A stretch of 63,627 nucleotides of DNA, filler included, from Neolecta irregularis DAH-3 (lineage: Eukaryota), in assembly GCA_001929475.1 (NCBI GenBank). It is 5 parts of 5 records of this genome, joined end to end, with 100 filler letters (N's around TTAATTAATTAA, not from the genome) between each part and the next. Parts side by side here need not be neighbours in the genome. Positions count along the whole stretch, not along the records: positions 11,030 to 30,853 come from LXFE01000571.1; positions 30,954 to 59,832 come from LXFE01004131.1; 3 more parts are not named here. One strand, 5' to 3'. Positions 25,590 through 38,769 of the stretch are shown in pieces. The notes under the pieces were generated by a model, which saw only the letters and a program-made list of their open reading frames with translations, was not told the origin of the DNA and did no database searches. The position numbers and the translations under genes were made by a program. How positions within the stretch are numbered: position 1 is the stretch's first letter; every line of letters starts with the position of its first letter.

Positions 25590-26212
25590 GGTTGGACAAG
25601 AGATTACGAAGCTCTTAATGCTTTGTATTATAGGGTACGTTGAAGTCACATGCGCCCCGGGTAGGATTTCAAGAAGCCGAATATGGCCAGAATTTGCCAG
25701 TTATGTTTCACTACCGGCCACTGTGATACAAGTATGATTAAGCGCAACATACATTCAATAGCCTGCACTATCGACCGTTTGGGCCCACTTGAAGCATTTC
25801 AACACGGCGTATATACGCCCTTGTCTATAAGCCCTTTTTTCTTACTACACTGTGTTCCCAAGTCTACCATGCTTCTTGCTTTGTCTTGGAGTTTGCTTGT
25901 AAAAGCATCGATTTCTGATTCCATTACTCTTGGTATCCTGAAAGTTCCTTTCCAAAGGAAAGCGTCGGTTGTTTCTCTTCCTCGGGAAATCTCTCACATG
26001 TGCTTTGAAACAAAGCCTTTGAATGGCGCGACAGCATAACGGGTGCGTATCCTTTCTTGGCAGCCACTTGTATGGAAATGCCACATGTGAAGCCTGGCAC
26101 TTTGCTCAATAAATTCCTAGTGCTCGCAAGGCTGATCGACAGGCAGGCCTCAGTTCGACCCTCACTATCATCCCTATTCTTCTGCAGTATTACCTTTTCT
26201 TTTCCCTTCGAT

Positions 26213-28001
26213 ATGCAGCGCATACTCGTCTTCTTCACTTTATATCTCTCAGTCTCTCTTTGCTTATATATTCCTTCGTACACTCCTGGCAAGATGAGAC
26301 CATTATCAAAGCGAGAACCAATCTTTGACCCCTTCAGGTCGGTCGGCTCGAAGTCGAAACCGACAAATGAAGGATTTAGTCTTCTGCTTAGGCGCTCTGA
26401 GGATTTTATTACGATCCATCCCCACCTTCGCAGCGTAAGAGCGCTCAATCGGGTGTTTGAAAGGCATGCCGGACGGCTTGGAAAACTCAATAAACGGAAT
26501 TTTCAACATCCTGTGTGGAAGCAACATCAGGATTTACTTGAGCAAGACCTTGATAATCGTTGCCTTGAAGACTGCGATGAAGACCAGGACCAAGCCAATA
26601 TCGCTACTGCTAATCAAAATACACATACGCTTGCGTCTGAAAAGTCAACGAGTAATACAAGCGTTGTCTTGGATGACAGTGGTCATGACGTCGCATACAT
26701 TAGCACCATAAATATAGGAAATGACAACAAACCGTTTCGGGTGATGTATTTCCTGTTGTCGATCATATCTGTTGACCACAGTATGGATACAGGTTCTTCC
26801 AATTTCTGGGTAAGGGGCTCGTCTTGTCAATCTGTTGCTTGTGAGAATCTCTCAGCTCTAGATAAAGCAGACTCATCAACCCCTCAATCCACCAAACCAC
26901 GCTGGCAGATCGTTTATGGCTCCGGCAGTGTAGGTGGTGTTCCGGTTCTCGCCAAGGTCTCGTTTTCTGATCAGGATGACTTGAGTATCGATAAAATGAC
27001 TTTCGGGCTTGCGACTAGTTTGACGAGAGCATTCTTAAATGGCAGGGCAGACGGCATCATGGGGTTGGCTCTCACGGAAGCAAATACCCAACATGTTCCC
27101 ACCATGATGGATCAACTTGTATGTCTTCCATGAATGGAATCGATCTTATCTTTGCAGGAAAAATCTGGTCTTCTAAAAGCCAAGCTTATAGGAGTAAGCC
27201 TCGACCGACAACAAGATCATACCAAAAACGGAAAAGTTGACTTTGGCTTCGTTGATAGCACAAAATTTACTGGCAATCTTGTTACCGAAAACAATGAATC
27301 GACACATGGGTTATGGGAAATTGCTGTGGTAAGCTCTTATATTTCTGCATTTGACGAATGTAGGATGACGTCCTTATCAATGGTCAAGGTATAGGTCTCC
27401 ACAGTCGAACTGCAATCATTGACACTGGAACGACTCTTGCAATTGTTTCTCCAGCTGATGCCAAGGCTATGTTTGCACATATCCAAGGCGCACAAGCAGA
27501 CGGTCAAGGTAGTTACTCGGTTCCGTGCAACACCAAGGATACAATCGCCATTAGTTTTGGAGGTAAACCTTTCGAGATCCCCCATGAAGATTGGATTGGA
27601 GAACCTCTCGATAACACGGGGAGTCATTGTCTTTCAAAGATTATTGGAGAACGCGTTGGGTCGAATAACCAGATGCTGTTGGGAGACGTTTTCCTCAAAA
27701 GCGTAATATATTTTCTCGTTCATAATATCTAATATCATCTCAGGTTTACTCTGTGTTCGACTTTACGGCAAACACCGTTAGCCTGGCTGCGAGAGCACCC
27801 GCCACATCAACATCGGCCCCACGCGTCAGCTCAACATCAGCCCCACGCGTCGTCCCAACCCCAGCCCCAAACAGGACGCCAACCTCCACTACAAAGGGGT
27901 CAGACAATTGTCCAAAAGGAGATACAGGGCGAGATGGGACAAATTGTAAGACTACTAAAAGGTGGCCATTATTATGTGCTGTTCTGCCTCTTTTGTGTTA
28001 G
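26213..28001 (+). CDS. Secreted pepsin-like aspartic protease (A1) with Ser/Thr/Pro-rich tail
   Basis: Signal peptide MQRILVFF; DTGSS and IIDTGTT catalytic motifs; ADGIMGL; LLGDVFLKS; four introns. Confidence 0.9.
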
Positions 28002-28267
28002 ATGGACTGTTTGTGTAAGCACGAGATGTCATGTCATTGGCTTAGCGGATTACTAAGAGATCAAGAAAGTCGCATATACTGATCAGCCTTGTTTCCCTTC
28101 CATCAAGTAACCGTAAAAAGGCATTTGTGGTAAAATAACGTTTCCAACCTTCTCAAAATCGAGGACAACTATCTTTAGGCATTACCAAGATTATATAATT
28201 ACAACTGAACGACGCGCGGAAGGAAAATCACGCCCTATCCGAATTTCTTATTCACAACCACAGAGAA

Positions 28268-28986
28268 TTACTTGCCCAATTTCCTCATTAAAGCCCTTTG
28301 CAATTTTTTTCGTTTCTGAAATTTATGTTTGTTCATTTTCAGTTTTCTCTTTCGTTTAACGCTTGTTAATTCCATGTTTAATTGTTCATTTTCAGTGTTA
28401 TCGAGTGTTGTGAATGAGATTTTGCGGGGATCTGAAGATAATATTGATTGGAGATGGTCATGGAGATGGTCAAGGAGTTTAATGGTTTGAGCAGAGGAAT
28501 TTTTCCCATGGGGTTGAAGGAATGTTATACTGAAAGGTGGTTGCCCTGATAAACTATTTCCTGGTTTCCTGGGCCCATGCCGATTTTCCAGATCTAGAAC
28601 TCGTTAGAAAAAAAGAATTGGTTGTGTGTTGCCTTTGTCTTCTGATATTGTAGATCGTCCAAACATTTCTACTGCTTTGTCGATTTGTTGTTTATTGGGA
28701 CTTCCGAGGAGCAGCAGTGGAATATTCAGGGGGCGGTGACCCGCGAAAAAGGCAGATGTTGCCAAGTCTAGATTGGTGAGTGGTGTTGAAAACAATGCGG
28801 GGTTCAACCGTATGGTTCGACGTGTTGGGTACTAGGTACACGAGGCGGGAAAAATGCATTTGTAGAGTAGCGGGCGAGTGATTTCGTAGGCAGAGAATAA
28901 GGGACGACTATTTGATTTACTGAAGATGATGCAAACAGACGACGGCAGCCGTACAGCGATCTGCTTACAAGGCGCGAAATAGGCAT
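28268..28986 (-). CDS. COX24: Mitochondrial small-subunit protein mS38 / Cox24
   Basis: Mitochondrial presequence, FFAGHRP motif, C-terminal TSVKRKRKLKMNKHKFQKRKK. Confidence 0.85.
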
Positions 28987-29153
28987 GAGTTTGAAGAGTG
29001 GCGGGTGTTTTGAGAGTTGACAGGTGGATGAATGGCGTTTCAATACGACGTCGGGAAATACCGGGAGTGTGAATGCATCAAATAGTTCACTCAAACAATA
29101 ATATTGTTGATATACCAAAATGACGGTATCAAATGTAAAAGAAACTATCGGGT

Positions 29154-30512
29154 TTACAGGATAAGCTCATGCAGTGATCGTTGGACAATAATATCAGTGA
29201 CGCTCGAAAAGACATTTTTCAACAAATTTGTATCCTTGGTTGTTAGAAAAAGAGAGATCAAGACGTACAGTCGCATTTGTAAAATGGGAATATATATCTT
29301 TTGTTGGATTTCGATTCAATCGAACAAATTGTTGTTGAAAGAAAGTAGCTGTTGTTTCAAAATCTTTGCTATCTCCGGTAAGCCCTTCAAAATGGGTTTT
29401 AATAGGTGAAACGAGGATCTTTTCACGGAAAAGATCGATTTTGTTTAAGAATAGGATTATCGAAGTATTAATAAACCATTGCGAATTGCAGATCGATTCG
29501 AATAACATTAGAGCTTCTCGTACTTGGTTCTATATCGTTAAAATAGCATATTTCAAGAATTTATACTCCCTAAATGGTTAGCCCGCCTTTTTGCAAATAG
29601 GTACTTTCCTCGCGGTCTTCAACTAGACATTGATCGTAGCCACTAATAGCAACTAAAAACATCAAGGCAGTGACACTTTCGAAACAGTGAATCCATTTTT
29701 TGCGCTCAGAACGTTGACCACCGACGTCAAACATGCTGTTGCTATTAATAACGATAGAATAGGGGTGGTGTACCGATAATTTAAATCTCCGAGGTGGAAG
29801 AGCGTTTCTGTGATACCTGTTGTTTTCATACGACATCTATTGTTAGGATTTATGTTATAGAATGAAGTACCGAAGGATATCTTGGTCAGAAGGGATATAA
29901 TTAGGCTGAAATACGCGATCGATAGAATCAAAGAAATATGAAAGGTTGTCATGTAATGCGTATTCATGACCTCGTTGAACTGTAGCTTGAACACCTGAAT
30001 CTGCCCATAGGGCTTTAAATGAATCGAGGTACTCTGGAGGAAATCTTTCACGACGGCCTAGTTCGCGTTCTGTGGCGATGAGATCGATGTAGCCCTTTCA
30101 CCCTAATAAGAAAACAGGGTTCTTGGAAGAGTACGTACCATGTTTGATGGAACTTGTAATTGAATGTTAAAGTCTGCCATTGCTTCGATGACTAGACGTA
30201 AAGAGTGTAGTATATTGCTGAACACGATCGTTTTGTACGTCTCTCGTTCGAGGGTGCTGAACCCGGTGGCGTGAATCAGTTTCATTTGCTATCAAAATAA
30301 GACGGGAGATTAGACTACAAACCTTGAGGATTGTAGTTTTCCCGCTCTCACCGGCGCCTGAAAGAAGTGAGAAAAGAAGCAGCGGGAGGCAGGGTACCAA
30401 GAAGGAGTATCTTGACTTCTTGGGCCATTCGTTTTTCGTCATTCTTGATGATGCGGTCGAGGTAGCGGGACTTTTGTGTATCGGGGTCACTTTTACTTGG
30501 TACACAGCCCAT
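29154..30512 (-). CDS. Heterotrimeric G-protein alpha subunit (fungal group II / Gpa1-like)
   Basis: MGC myristoylation/palmitoylation start, [34 protein letters not shown]-terminal [13 protein letters not shown]; about eight introns. Confidence 0.93.
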
Positions 30513-30853
30513 TTCAATGAAGGAGAAAGAGGAAAGGGTGGCAGGAGGGACAAATGACGTGGAAACGAAGGCAATAAATAAATAAGGAAAAGAAGCGCGG
30601 ATTCTGGAGGGCAACAAACAGACCAGGCCTAACCAGTCCAAGCACTAAATCGCAATAAAGAACTAGGGCAGGCTCGCGTCAGACGCTATGACACTAGACC
30701 CAGTTGCGATCGAGACCAAGGGGATATAAACAGCTGCCGATCCAACAATACGAACCTCAACTTTGTCCCCATGGCTGCTCCCTCCTGTGATTTCTTCTCA
30801 GGGTTATTAGACCGCTATGCTGAGAACCCATCGCCGTGGAACGACTTTCGAGA

Positions 30854-30953
30854 NNNNNNNNNNNNNNNNNNNNNNNNNNNNNNNNNNNNNNNNNNNNTTA
30901 ATTAATTAANNNNNNNNNNNNNNNNNNNNNNNNNNNNNNNNNNNNNNNNNNNN
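30854..30953. other. Artificial contig spacer
   Basis: N + TTAATTAATTAA + N. Confidence 0.98.
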
Positions 30954-31127
30954 CCTTTTCTCTTCTACTATTTCTTCTTAACTATTAACTATGTATATGA
31001 ATTATTCAGTCTATCAGACTGTCCAGACCATCTTGACCTTTGATTTGGTCCGTCTGGACCGAAATTAATGCCAGTCTGGTCTGGTCTACTTCGACGGTCT
31101 ATTTGGTCCGGTCGGTTAGGAAAGCTG
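30954..31127. mobile_element. Possible terminus of a hAT-like DNA transposon
   Basis: Clustered GGTC/GACC subterminal-type motifs (gtctggtctggtc, ggtccggtcgg) ending in ...GAAAGCTG (CAG on the minus strand), at a contig edge. Confidence 0.35.
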
Positions 31128-32876
31128 GTCGTGAACGCGACTAGGCGCTAGAGGCGACTGATGTAAATGTGTCAAAACTGTATAAATATGCAGAAACTAA
31201 TAAAACACGAACCAACCAACCACATTCCTAATTCGAGGTTGCTATACTCGGCCGAACCCAGAGGTCTCAGTCCTATGGGGCTATTGATTGAGAGTGCATG
31301 GTATTTCGTGTTGGTCAGCACGTGTTGCCTGCATTGGCGCAGAAGTAACCGGTGTCGAGTACTAATAAACAGCACACAGTATTCCTTAAGGGGATCTACC
31401 AGAAAGTTATGTGAGGGAGAGAAGTGATGTCTCCAGCAATGGCGGCGTAGGGATGGAGGCAGGACAAGATGTAAGTTTCTATCAGACGGTCTCTTGATTC
31501 GTAGAGCGAACAACTGTCTAGCTTGAAAACCCCACCCTGCACAACACATGAAACCGGTGATATATAAATAGGAAGAAGAAATGTCTGAGCTAATAAAACC
31601 CAAATAAGACGACCGGACGTACCCCCTAACTCGTGAGACCCAGGTCTAGACCAGAAAACAGTCCTGATTCCCCCCCCCTGCCGCAGTTGGTAACAGCTTA
31701 GGAGCAGGGGCGCAGATAATTATAGGTGTTGCCAGGTATTGGTGGGTCCGCTATGGTTGCATGGGCCAGGAAGGGAAGAGTAGGTGGCGAAAATAGCAAT
31801 TGCCGTTGAACTTGCAATGTAAATTTTAAAGGGCGACCAACGGAAGTAAGGACTTGTGGGTATCCTTTCTCGACAAGTGGAAAGGAAAAGAGATCGAAAT
31901 TACCTTGTCGGAGAAAGCGTCGGACAATGCAAGTAGATTATCGAACATCTCAACTGGTGATACAGCCCATTAGAAGAGCTATTACTATCAATTGGCTATA
32001 AAAAGACAAATCTCCTTCCAATAAAAAGTAATCATCGAATCAAGAATCCCTTCTCTTTGATAAGAAATTCGTCCGCTAGATCTAGTCCTGCGGTTTCAGG
32101 GAAATATCTAAAGGGTGAAACGTCTATTTTCCACCAACTTTTTATCCATATGAATTCTCTGTGAAACGCGTTCCACTAATCATTTGCTGGAATCCTACCA
32201 ACATGCGGCGGGCGTCACCCTTTACAACCCAGATTATCGCGGCAGGCATCAAGGTCTAACAACCAAAATTTGTCACTTGTCGCGATATTAACTTTTTCTT
32301 TGATATATCGACCAAGAAAAGTCTACCTGTGTGAAAGTTCTTCTTGGAATAGGTAATTTATTGTAAGGATGAAAATATATCTGAGAGATCTAGACTTTTG
32401 CTTATAGTCAGCGAGATTTCACATTTCGCATCCCAATCTCCCATACCTAGGTACCCGGACTTGTGCATGATGTGATTCTCAGGAGTTCTAACTTATCATT
32501 TTCCCTAATCGCCACGCTATCCCCAATAATATCCAATTTCGGACCCAGGCTTAGTAGAACATGGTGAAACCATGGGTATTTCATTGTCAGTCTGTGTAAG
32601 AGGTTTATGTTAACGCGACATGTCCTGTCACACTGGTTCGTGAATCTTTCCTTGTGAAGTCTAAATCCACGCAGGGTGAAGTAATGAAGACAGTCTAAAA
32701 CTAGTTTATCAATCTTTTGTAATTTTTTCGCGTCTCGAGCCATTTTCCGGGTTATCCCCGCTTAAGATGATATATAAAAGTCTGCCTGTCTCGTATTCTA
32801 CCAAAATTCATTTACAACTCTTTGACTTTTCGAATTTTCTTTCCGCAGGACGGTCTAATATCTCGATACTCTCACT

Positions 32877-33634
32877 ATGATCCCTCTGTCGAAGCTCCTT
32901 ATTATTCTCGCTGTATCCTACAGTTCTGCTCGGTATACTGTCTTAGTGTGCGCATAACATTTAATTCGCAGTTTTGGTAACGAAAACGAGTGTGTGGGTG
33001 CAACAAAAGCCATTCAAGGTGCTCCTCCAGGGGTAGTAGAGACTTTTGCTGGTCAGTCTATTGGTATTTTTGCTTCTCGGTCTCTTGTTCACAAACTAGC
33101 GAGTCTTCTTGCTAAGGCAGACCCTTGCGAAAAGCTGAAATGGGCCGATAAAATCATCGACCAGCTCGGGAGCCTTCCTGGAGCCTTAGAGGCCGCCATA
33201 TGCTTCGTCAATGCGGAGAAAAACTATAATAATTTTGCTCAGAACCTTGTAGCTTTTTGCAATGATCCCTCTTTGCCTGTTAGTACTGATATTCGGGGAA
33301 TATTGCCAATCATATCAGAGGAAGGCCCCTTCGAAGCTCCTGGAACCTCTGGAGTTCCAATTCGTTTTGGTGCCCAGGGAACATTAACTGCAATCGAATT
33401 CAACAAATTGGCTGAGATAACTGTGAGACAAGTATTGTTTTTTAAATGGAGCTGCTCATATTGTAGCCTCTCGCACAAACCGAGGGAAAATCGATCGCTA
33501 TGCTCGCTGTCGAACTAGGCTTTATGGATATGATCGATTTCGAAAAAGTCAGTCAATTGGTAGATGCAAACTGTTCGGGTAATCAGAGTCCTACAAAAGA
33601 TACGACAATAGCACCGCATATACACATCGCCTAA
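32877..33634 (+). CDS. Conserved fungal secreted protein of unknown function
   Basis: Signal peptide then R|FGNEN; LLAKADPCEKL..AD, AEKNYN, C.DPSLP....RGILP and GKSIA motifs, recalled from a fungal secreted family. Confidence 0.65.
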
Positions 33635-34271
33635 GAAAGGCGACTAGAGGTCCATAGCAGTCGCTGATACGATGTTGGTGGAGTGTCGTAGAAGATGTAT
33701 GAACAGATAAAATAGTCCAAATTCTAGTTTGTTATCGAGTCTTAAGATTTTCATCGCCAATTCTTCAGTGCTTTTGCGATGCGTTCTAGCGAACTCATTG
33801 TTATTATGGCAGCCACTGAGGACGGGGAATTTGGTGTGGTAAGGCACTGATTCAAAAACAGCTTTTTACCAGGCGTATATAGTAAAATGGCCTGAGGAGT
33901 GCCATTTATTTTGATCTAAATGAGACGGTGTTCCTCGATATGAACTGTCGGATTGGTAAGCCCAGAATTCAGTTGGGAGAAAGTGGGCTTCCGCATTCGA
34001 AAAATATCAGGAAGGTATAGCCGGTGAAATCTATCGTTTATCTGATGATACCATTGTCAAGATGACACCCCTCAGTTGATAGAAATTTGAACATTTCTTG
34101 AAGACCTTTGAAAGCAACTGCTATTGCCTGCTCTGAATTTAGTCCATAGTTTAGCTTCGGCAAGTGTTACACAAATTGATGTCTGGTCGCATCTAAACAG
34201 ATCGTCCACTTGAAATCAGCCTCTGGATCAACAATCTCATGAAATATCGATTTCCTGAAGTAGAGGCTTGT

Positions 34272-34466
34272 TGTAAGCTATGCGCTTCGAAGTATGATAA
34301 GACCAAATGTTATAACTAGCCTAAGTATTCGTACTTCTTACAAAGGGACATGCCTAGCCTAAATATTCGCCCTTGGCTAGGAATATCCAACTTCCGCCTT
34401 CATATACTTCCCGTCAAGCCACCTTGCCGTATTGGTAAGATATACCCAAAGGTATATATCCTTACA
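34272..34466. mobile_element. Solo LTR (195 bp) with 5-bp target-site duplication CTTGT
   Basis: TGTAAG...CTTACA terminal inverted repeat; CTTGT at 34267-34271 and 34467-34471; related copy at 10766. Confidence 0.85.
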
Positions 34467-35361
34467 CTTGTCCACATGCTAGTCGATAAGTAACATTCTC
34501 ATAGCAACAATTAGGGCGAATACCTGTGCTTTGGATTACTTTTGTATCCCTGAATTTTACGATCTGGTGAAATAATTGGGTTATCCTAGCGACCTCTGTC
34601 ATTCCCACCGTCCTGGAATATAGTGATCAAATTACAGACGACATTAGCGAGCGATTGGTTTTTGCAGAAGCAACATTAACCGGATTGGAAACCGAGTATG
34701 GCAGAAGCATTCTACTAATTTAGCTAATCTGATGTTCCAATGAAGATATTTTGAAAAATCGAGGAGTCTGGATTCCCACTCAATGATGTCCAGTGTTACA
34801 ATGAGGTGATAGTCCGGATGAGTAGATATATGAAAATAGAATTACAGTAATATGATATAACTCTTAAATTCGTTATATATCAGTAAGGGTGATTTTTCAA
34901 TATGCCCGAATTATTAACTGCGGATCCTTACGGTTGCTTTCCAGTGGTGAGCCGGCAAAGCGTTCCTTAATCTCACCTCCATTATTCTCACTCACTTCTT
35001 CCGCAAAACATATGCCGCCAAGATCTGGTGCATAGAGACTTCCAATACATCGGAGATTGTCTGGGAAGTTTCGACGGAATCGCTTTGATGATGCTCGCAG
35101 AATACTTGGGGATAGGTTTAGGTAGGCAACTGATGGTCATTTTGCACCTACTGGTGTTGACTTTCTTCATATATATCTTAATAGTGTAAAAATCTTCAAT
35201 ATAGACATGGACCATTGTCAAGAAAGCAGTTGTGAGCTATTTTGCCAATTAACTGGGATGGAAGACGGTGGTGTCTGAAGCTTCATAGGGCAAATTGTCC
35301 GGCGCCCAGGAATTCCTCCAACCATTCTCTCCCTCGTCCTTCTTCTTTTTGTACACTCGTA

Positions 35362-38300
35362 ATGCGCGAAGTACCCACACCAGAGTCGGCTTCTTCTGCT
35401 CGGGACAGCTCCCGTCGCCAGTCTTCTCGTAGACAGAGCGTCATTTCAGAGGAGTCCAGCGCTGAACCCATATTGGACTACCATGTTCAGGCGACAGCAA
35501 CAAGTCGGAGAAGATCCAAGGCGGATCTCCTGCAGAAACCGAAGAAATCCAAAGGACCCATTGTCAAAGACTCCCGCGATGGAATCTCAGTCGAACTCCC
35601 AGATGGAAGGGTCCTTAGACCCGATGGTATTTCAAAAGCCCCATACTAAGGTACACTCCGCTAATTCACAAAGATTGTGTCTATTTGATTTGCGAGCCGC
35701 CACAAGAACCATACTATCTTGCACGGATTATGGAATTCACTCGATCAGACAACTCTATACCCAAAATTGATTCTATTCGCGTTAACTGGTTCTATCGTCC
35801 TCGCGACATTCATCGAAGCCACAGCGACAATCGTTACCTTTTTTCAACAATGCACAGCGATGTATGTCCTTTATCATCTGTACGTGGTAAATGTCAAATA
35901 AAACATCGGAGTGAGATCGCAGACCTCGAGGAGTATAAGAAGTCCGAGGACTGTTTTTACTACGAACGCATGTTTGATCGATATATTCAACGACACTACG
36001 AAGTAGTTCCTACAAAAGATATCCGAAATGTCCCTGAAAACGTTGGCACTGTCCTTCGTGATCGCTGGAAATTCGTTGCTGTTGAACAAGGTAAGGGTAA
36101 GGACTTGTGCATGCAACAACGAGGATGTACGAAATGTGGAAGCTGGTGTGCCAAGTATGCCTCATCACCTACAAGACCATTCTCTCACCCCACAGTGCTG
36201 AATCTGTTCGATGTGCGGTTTGCCAAAATGACTTCCATATGTTATGCATAACTCCCCCCTTATTAAAAAAACCTACGAAGGGCTTCGCGTGGACTTGTGC
36301 TCCCTGCGCTCGCGAGAAGGACAAGATCCTCGAAGCTAATTCGTTGCCCGATTTCCGTTTCAATAAACCCATGAGCAAAAGTGAATCATCCGTCGCTCCA
36401 GAGGAGGACAATGATACTGAACAGGCGCCCACTCGTAGAGAGACTCCAACACATGATGTATCAGAGCCTACAAAGGAGCAGAAATACGCGAACTCGTTAT
36501 GGCCTATACGATATCTCGGTATCCACTGTAAAATCGAAGATGCATTGGATTATGACGATCGAATATATCCAAGAGCTCAAAGTCGCATCGGGTGGAGACA
36601 TCAAGCCAATGTAGTTGAATGGTTCGGTCAACCCGTCAAATATGTGGATAGGAAAAAGAATGTCAGGAAGAAGAAAGGAAGTATTGTCAATCACCTTATG
36701 AAAGAGGACTCGATGGAAATTGACGAGAAGCCTCTGGGGAGATGGGTCCAAGAGACCCCAGTTGGTTATAGTATCGAACTCTTTTTAGTACTTATACTAA
36801 CAAGGAGCTCCTCGGGGGGAAGATCTCACCTCGACCTTACTTTACAGACCAGGGCCTATGGATACCCGCGAAATGGATGAATTCATTCTTTCGACAAAGC
36901 CAATTGCAGATAAACTCAAGGTTCAGTTGTATACTACAAATTATCTCGATGCCGTTGTAAATGTATTGCATTTGACCAACTTTGAGAAGGCGAAAGCCAC
37001 AGAAGAACTCCAAAGATTTACTCGAAAACATCTGAAAGAACCAACGTTCACGGGGCCGGAACGAGAAAGATTCGCAGAAGGTGTTAAGAAGCATGGAAGC
37101 GAATTACATCCAATCAGTTCTGAGCTCAAATATCAAAGCTCTGGTCAATGCGTACGTTTCTGGTACCAGTGGAAGAAAACCCCGATTGGTCGCGAAATAT
37201 GGGGATCTTACGAAGGACGGCGATCGAAGAAAGTCGATACGACGAAGTCTACTGCTGATCTCGGTGATAGCAGCGACGATTCCGCTTACGATAACAATAA
37301 GCTCGTGCGGCGAAAAGTTTCTTGCAAGTTTTGTTCGACCACTCGCAGTGAAATTTGGAAAAAGGCCCCCGGACCATCAACGAATGAAAGCATTCCAGCA
37401 TTATGTACTAGCTGCGCTACATTATGGAGAAAATATGCAGACACATACGAACCTAAAGTCGATAAAATAAAAAAACGAAAAGCAGAAGAAGAAATCAGCG
37501 AAGATGGCACTATTGTCAAAAAGAAGTCTAAGAATGGCAGAAAGAAAAGCCTTGCAGAGAAGGACGACAAAAAAGAAGCCGAAGATCTTGAAGAACCACC
37601 AAAGCTTTGCAATATTTGTGCCGTTTCCGAGCCGCTTTCATTTATGGCGACATGCGAGACCTGCAAAATGTCTGTTCATGAAGGTATGTGCGAGGATTCC
37701 GATTTTAGTCAATATTTAGGCTGTTATGGTATCCAGAATTCTTTTAATCGATGGAAGTGCGACGTTTGCGTCAACGAAAAAGCACCAGAAGTCTCATTGG
37801 TAAATTATCTACAAAGGCTGTTCTTGAGATCTAGATTTACGATTGTGTTTTGTGCTCGCAGATATCTGAAGAGCGACAACCTCCACACCCTCTCAAAAGG
37901 ACGATTGGTAATAATTGGGCCCACATAACATGTGCTGTATGGATACCGGAAATTCGGTTTGGCGACGTAACTCTCTTAGAACCCATAGAAGGCATCGGAT
38001 CCTTGCCAACTGCAAGATGGAAATCTGTAGGACGTCTTGCGAATTATCAGCTGATCAATAGATATGTTCGATATGCAAGATTGAAACGGGCGCTTGTACA
38101 AACTGTCACAGTTGTCATATTCCTTTCCATACGACCTGTGCTATTCAAGCAGGATATACGGTTGGGTTCGATATTCAACCAATTAAAACGAGTCGTAAAG
38201 ATCAAGTCATCACTGTTTCTTTTGGGGGAGAAAGCGGCCATATGAGCCCCGCCATTTGGTGTCGAAATCACGATCTCAAGAAGACTACTGTCCATCCCAT

Positions 38301-38669
38301 GAATGAAGTTGACGAGTCAGAACTGGTATCTAATAGTACCTCATTAAATTTGACATTTAGACTGCGTTAATGACTTATGTTCGGAATTATAAACAAGCAG
38401 ATCTCACCTTGACTGGCACAATGCGGAAAGCTCAGATTGTAGTTGCAGCGACCAAACCAATTGCAGGAAAACTACCTAGCCGTCGAAGGAGCGCTGCACT
38501 AGAACAAGAAATCGCCATCCAACCGGTCAAACAAGAGGATGATGGATGCACGGAATGCGATGTCCTTGTTAGTCCAATGTGGTGGAGAAGCGAAAGGAAC
38601 GGCAAGATGTGTCACATGTGTTTTTGGAAGAGAAGGGTAGCGTTGATGAATGGACATGCGATGGTGTAA
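35362..38669 (+). CDS. SNT2: Snt2-like chromatin protein (BAH, PHD, ELM2/SANT, GATA-like, PHD/ePHD)
   Basis: EPPQEPYYLARIMEF, VNWFYRPRD, TMHSD, PPLLKKPTKGFAWTC, YDDRIYPRA, WAHITCAVWIPE and YKQADLTLTG. Confidence 0.92.
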
Positions 38670-38769
38670 TATTTGAGATTCTACTGGGCGTTTTTTTGCT
38701 TCTGTAATTTACTGACACTGTAACTGGCGTGCCTAATAGATGTTGTAGTATGTACAAATCACAATTATC

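Noticed and set aside
33940-34900. Haspin/kinase-like remnant (EKYQEGIAGEIYRL..IVKMTPL)
   Set aside because: No catalytic-loop or DFG-equivalent motif was found, so it is too degenerate to call.
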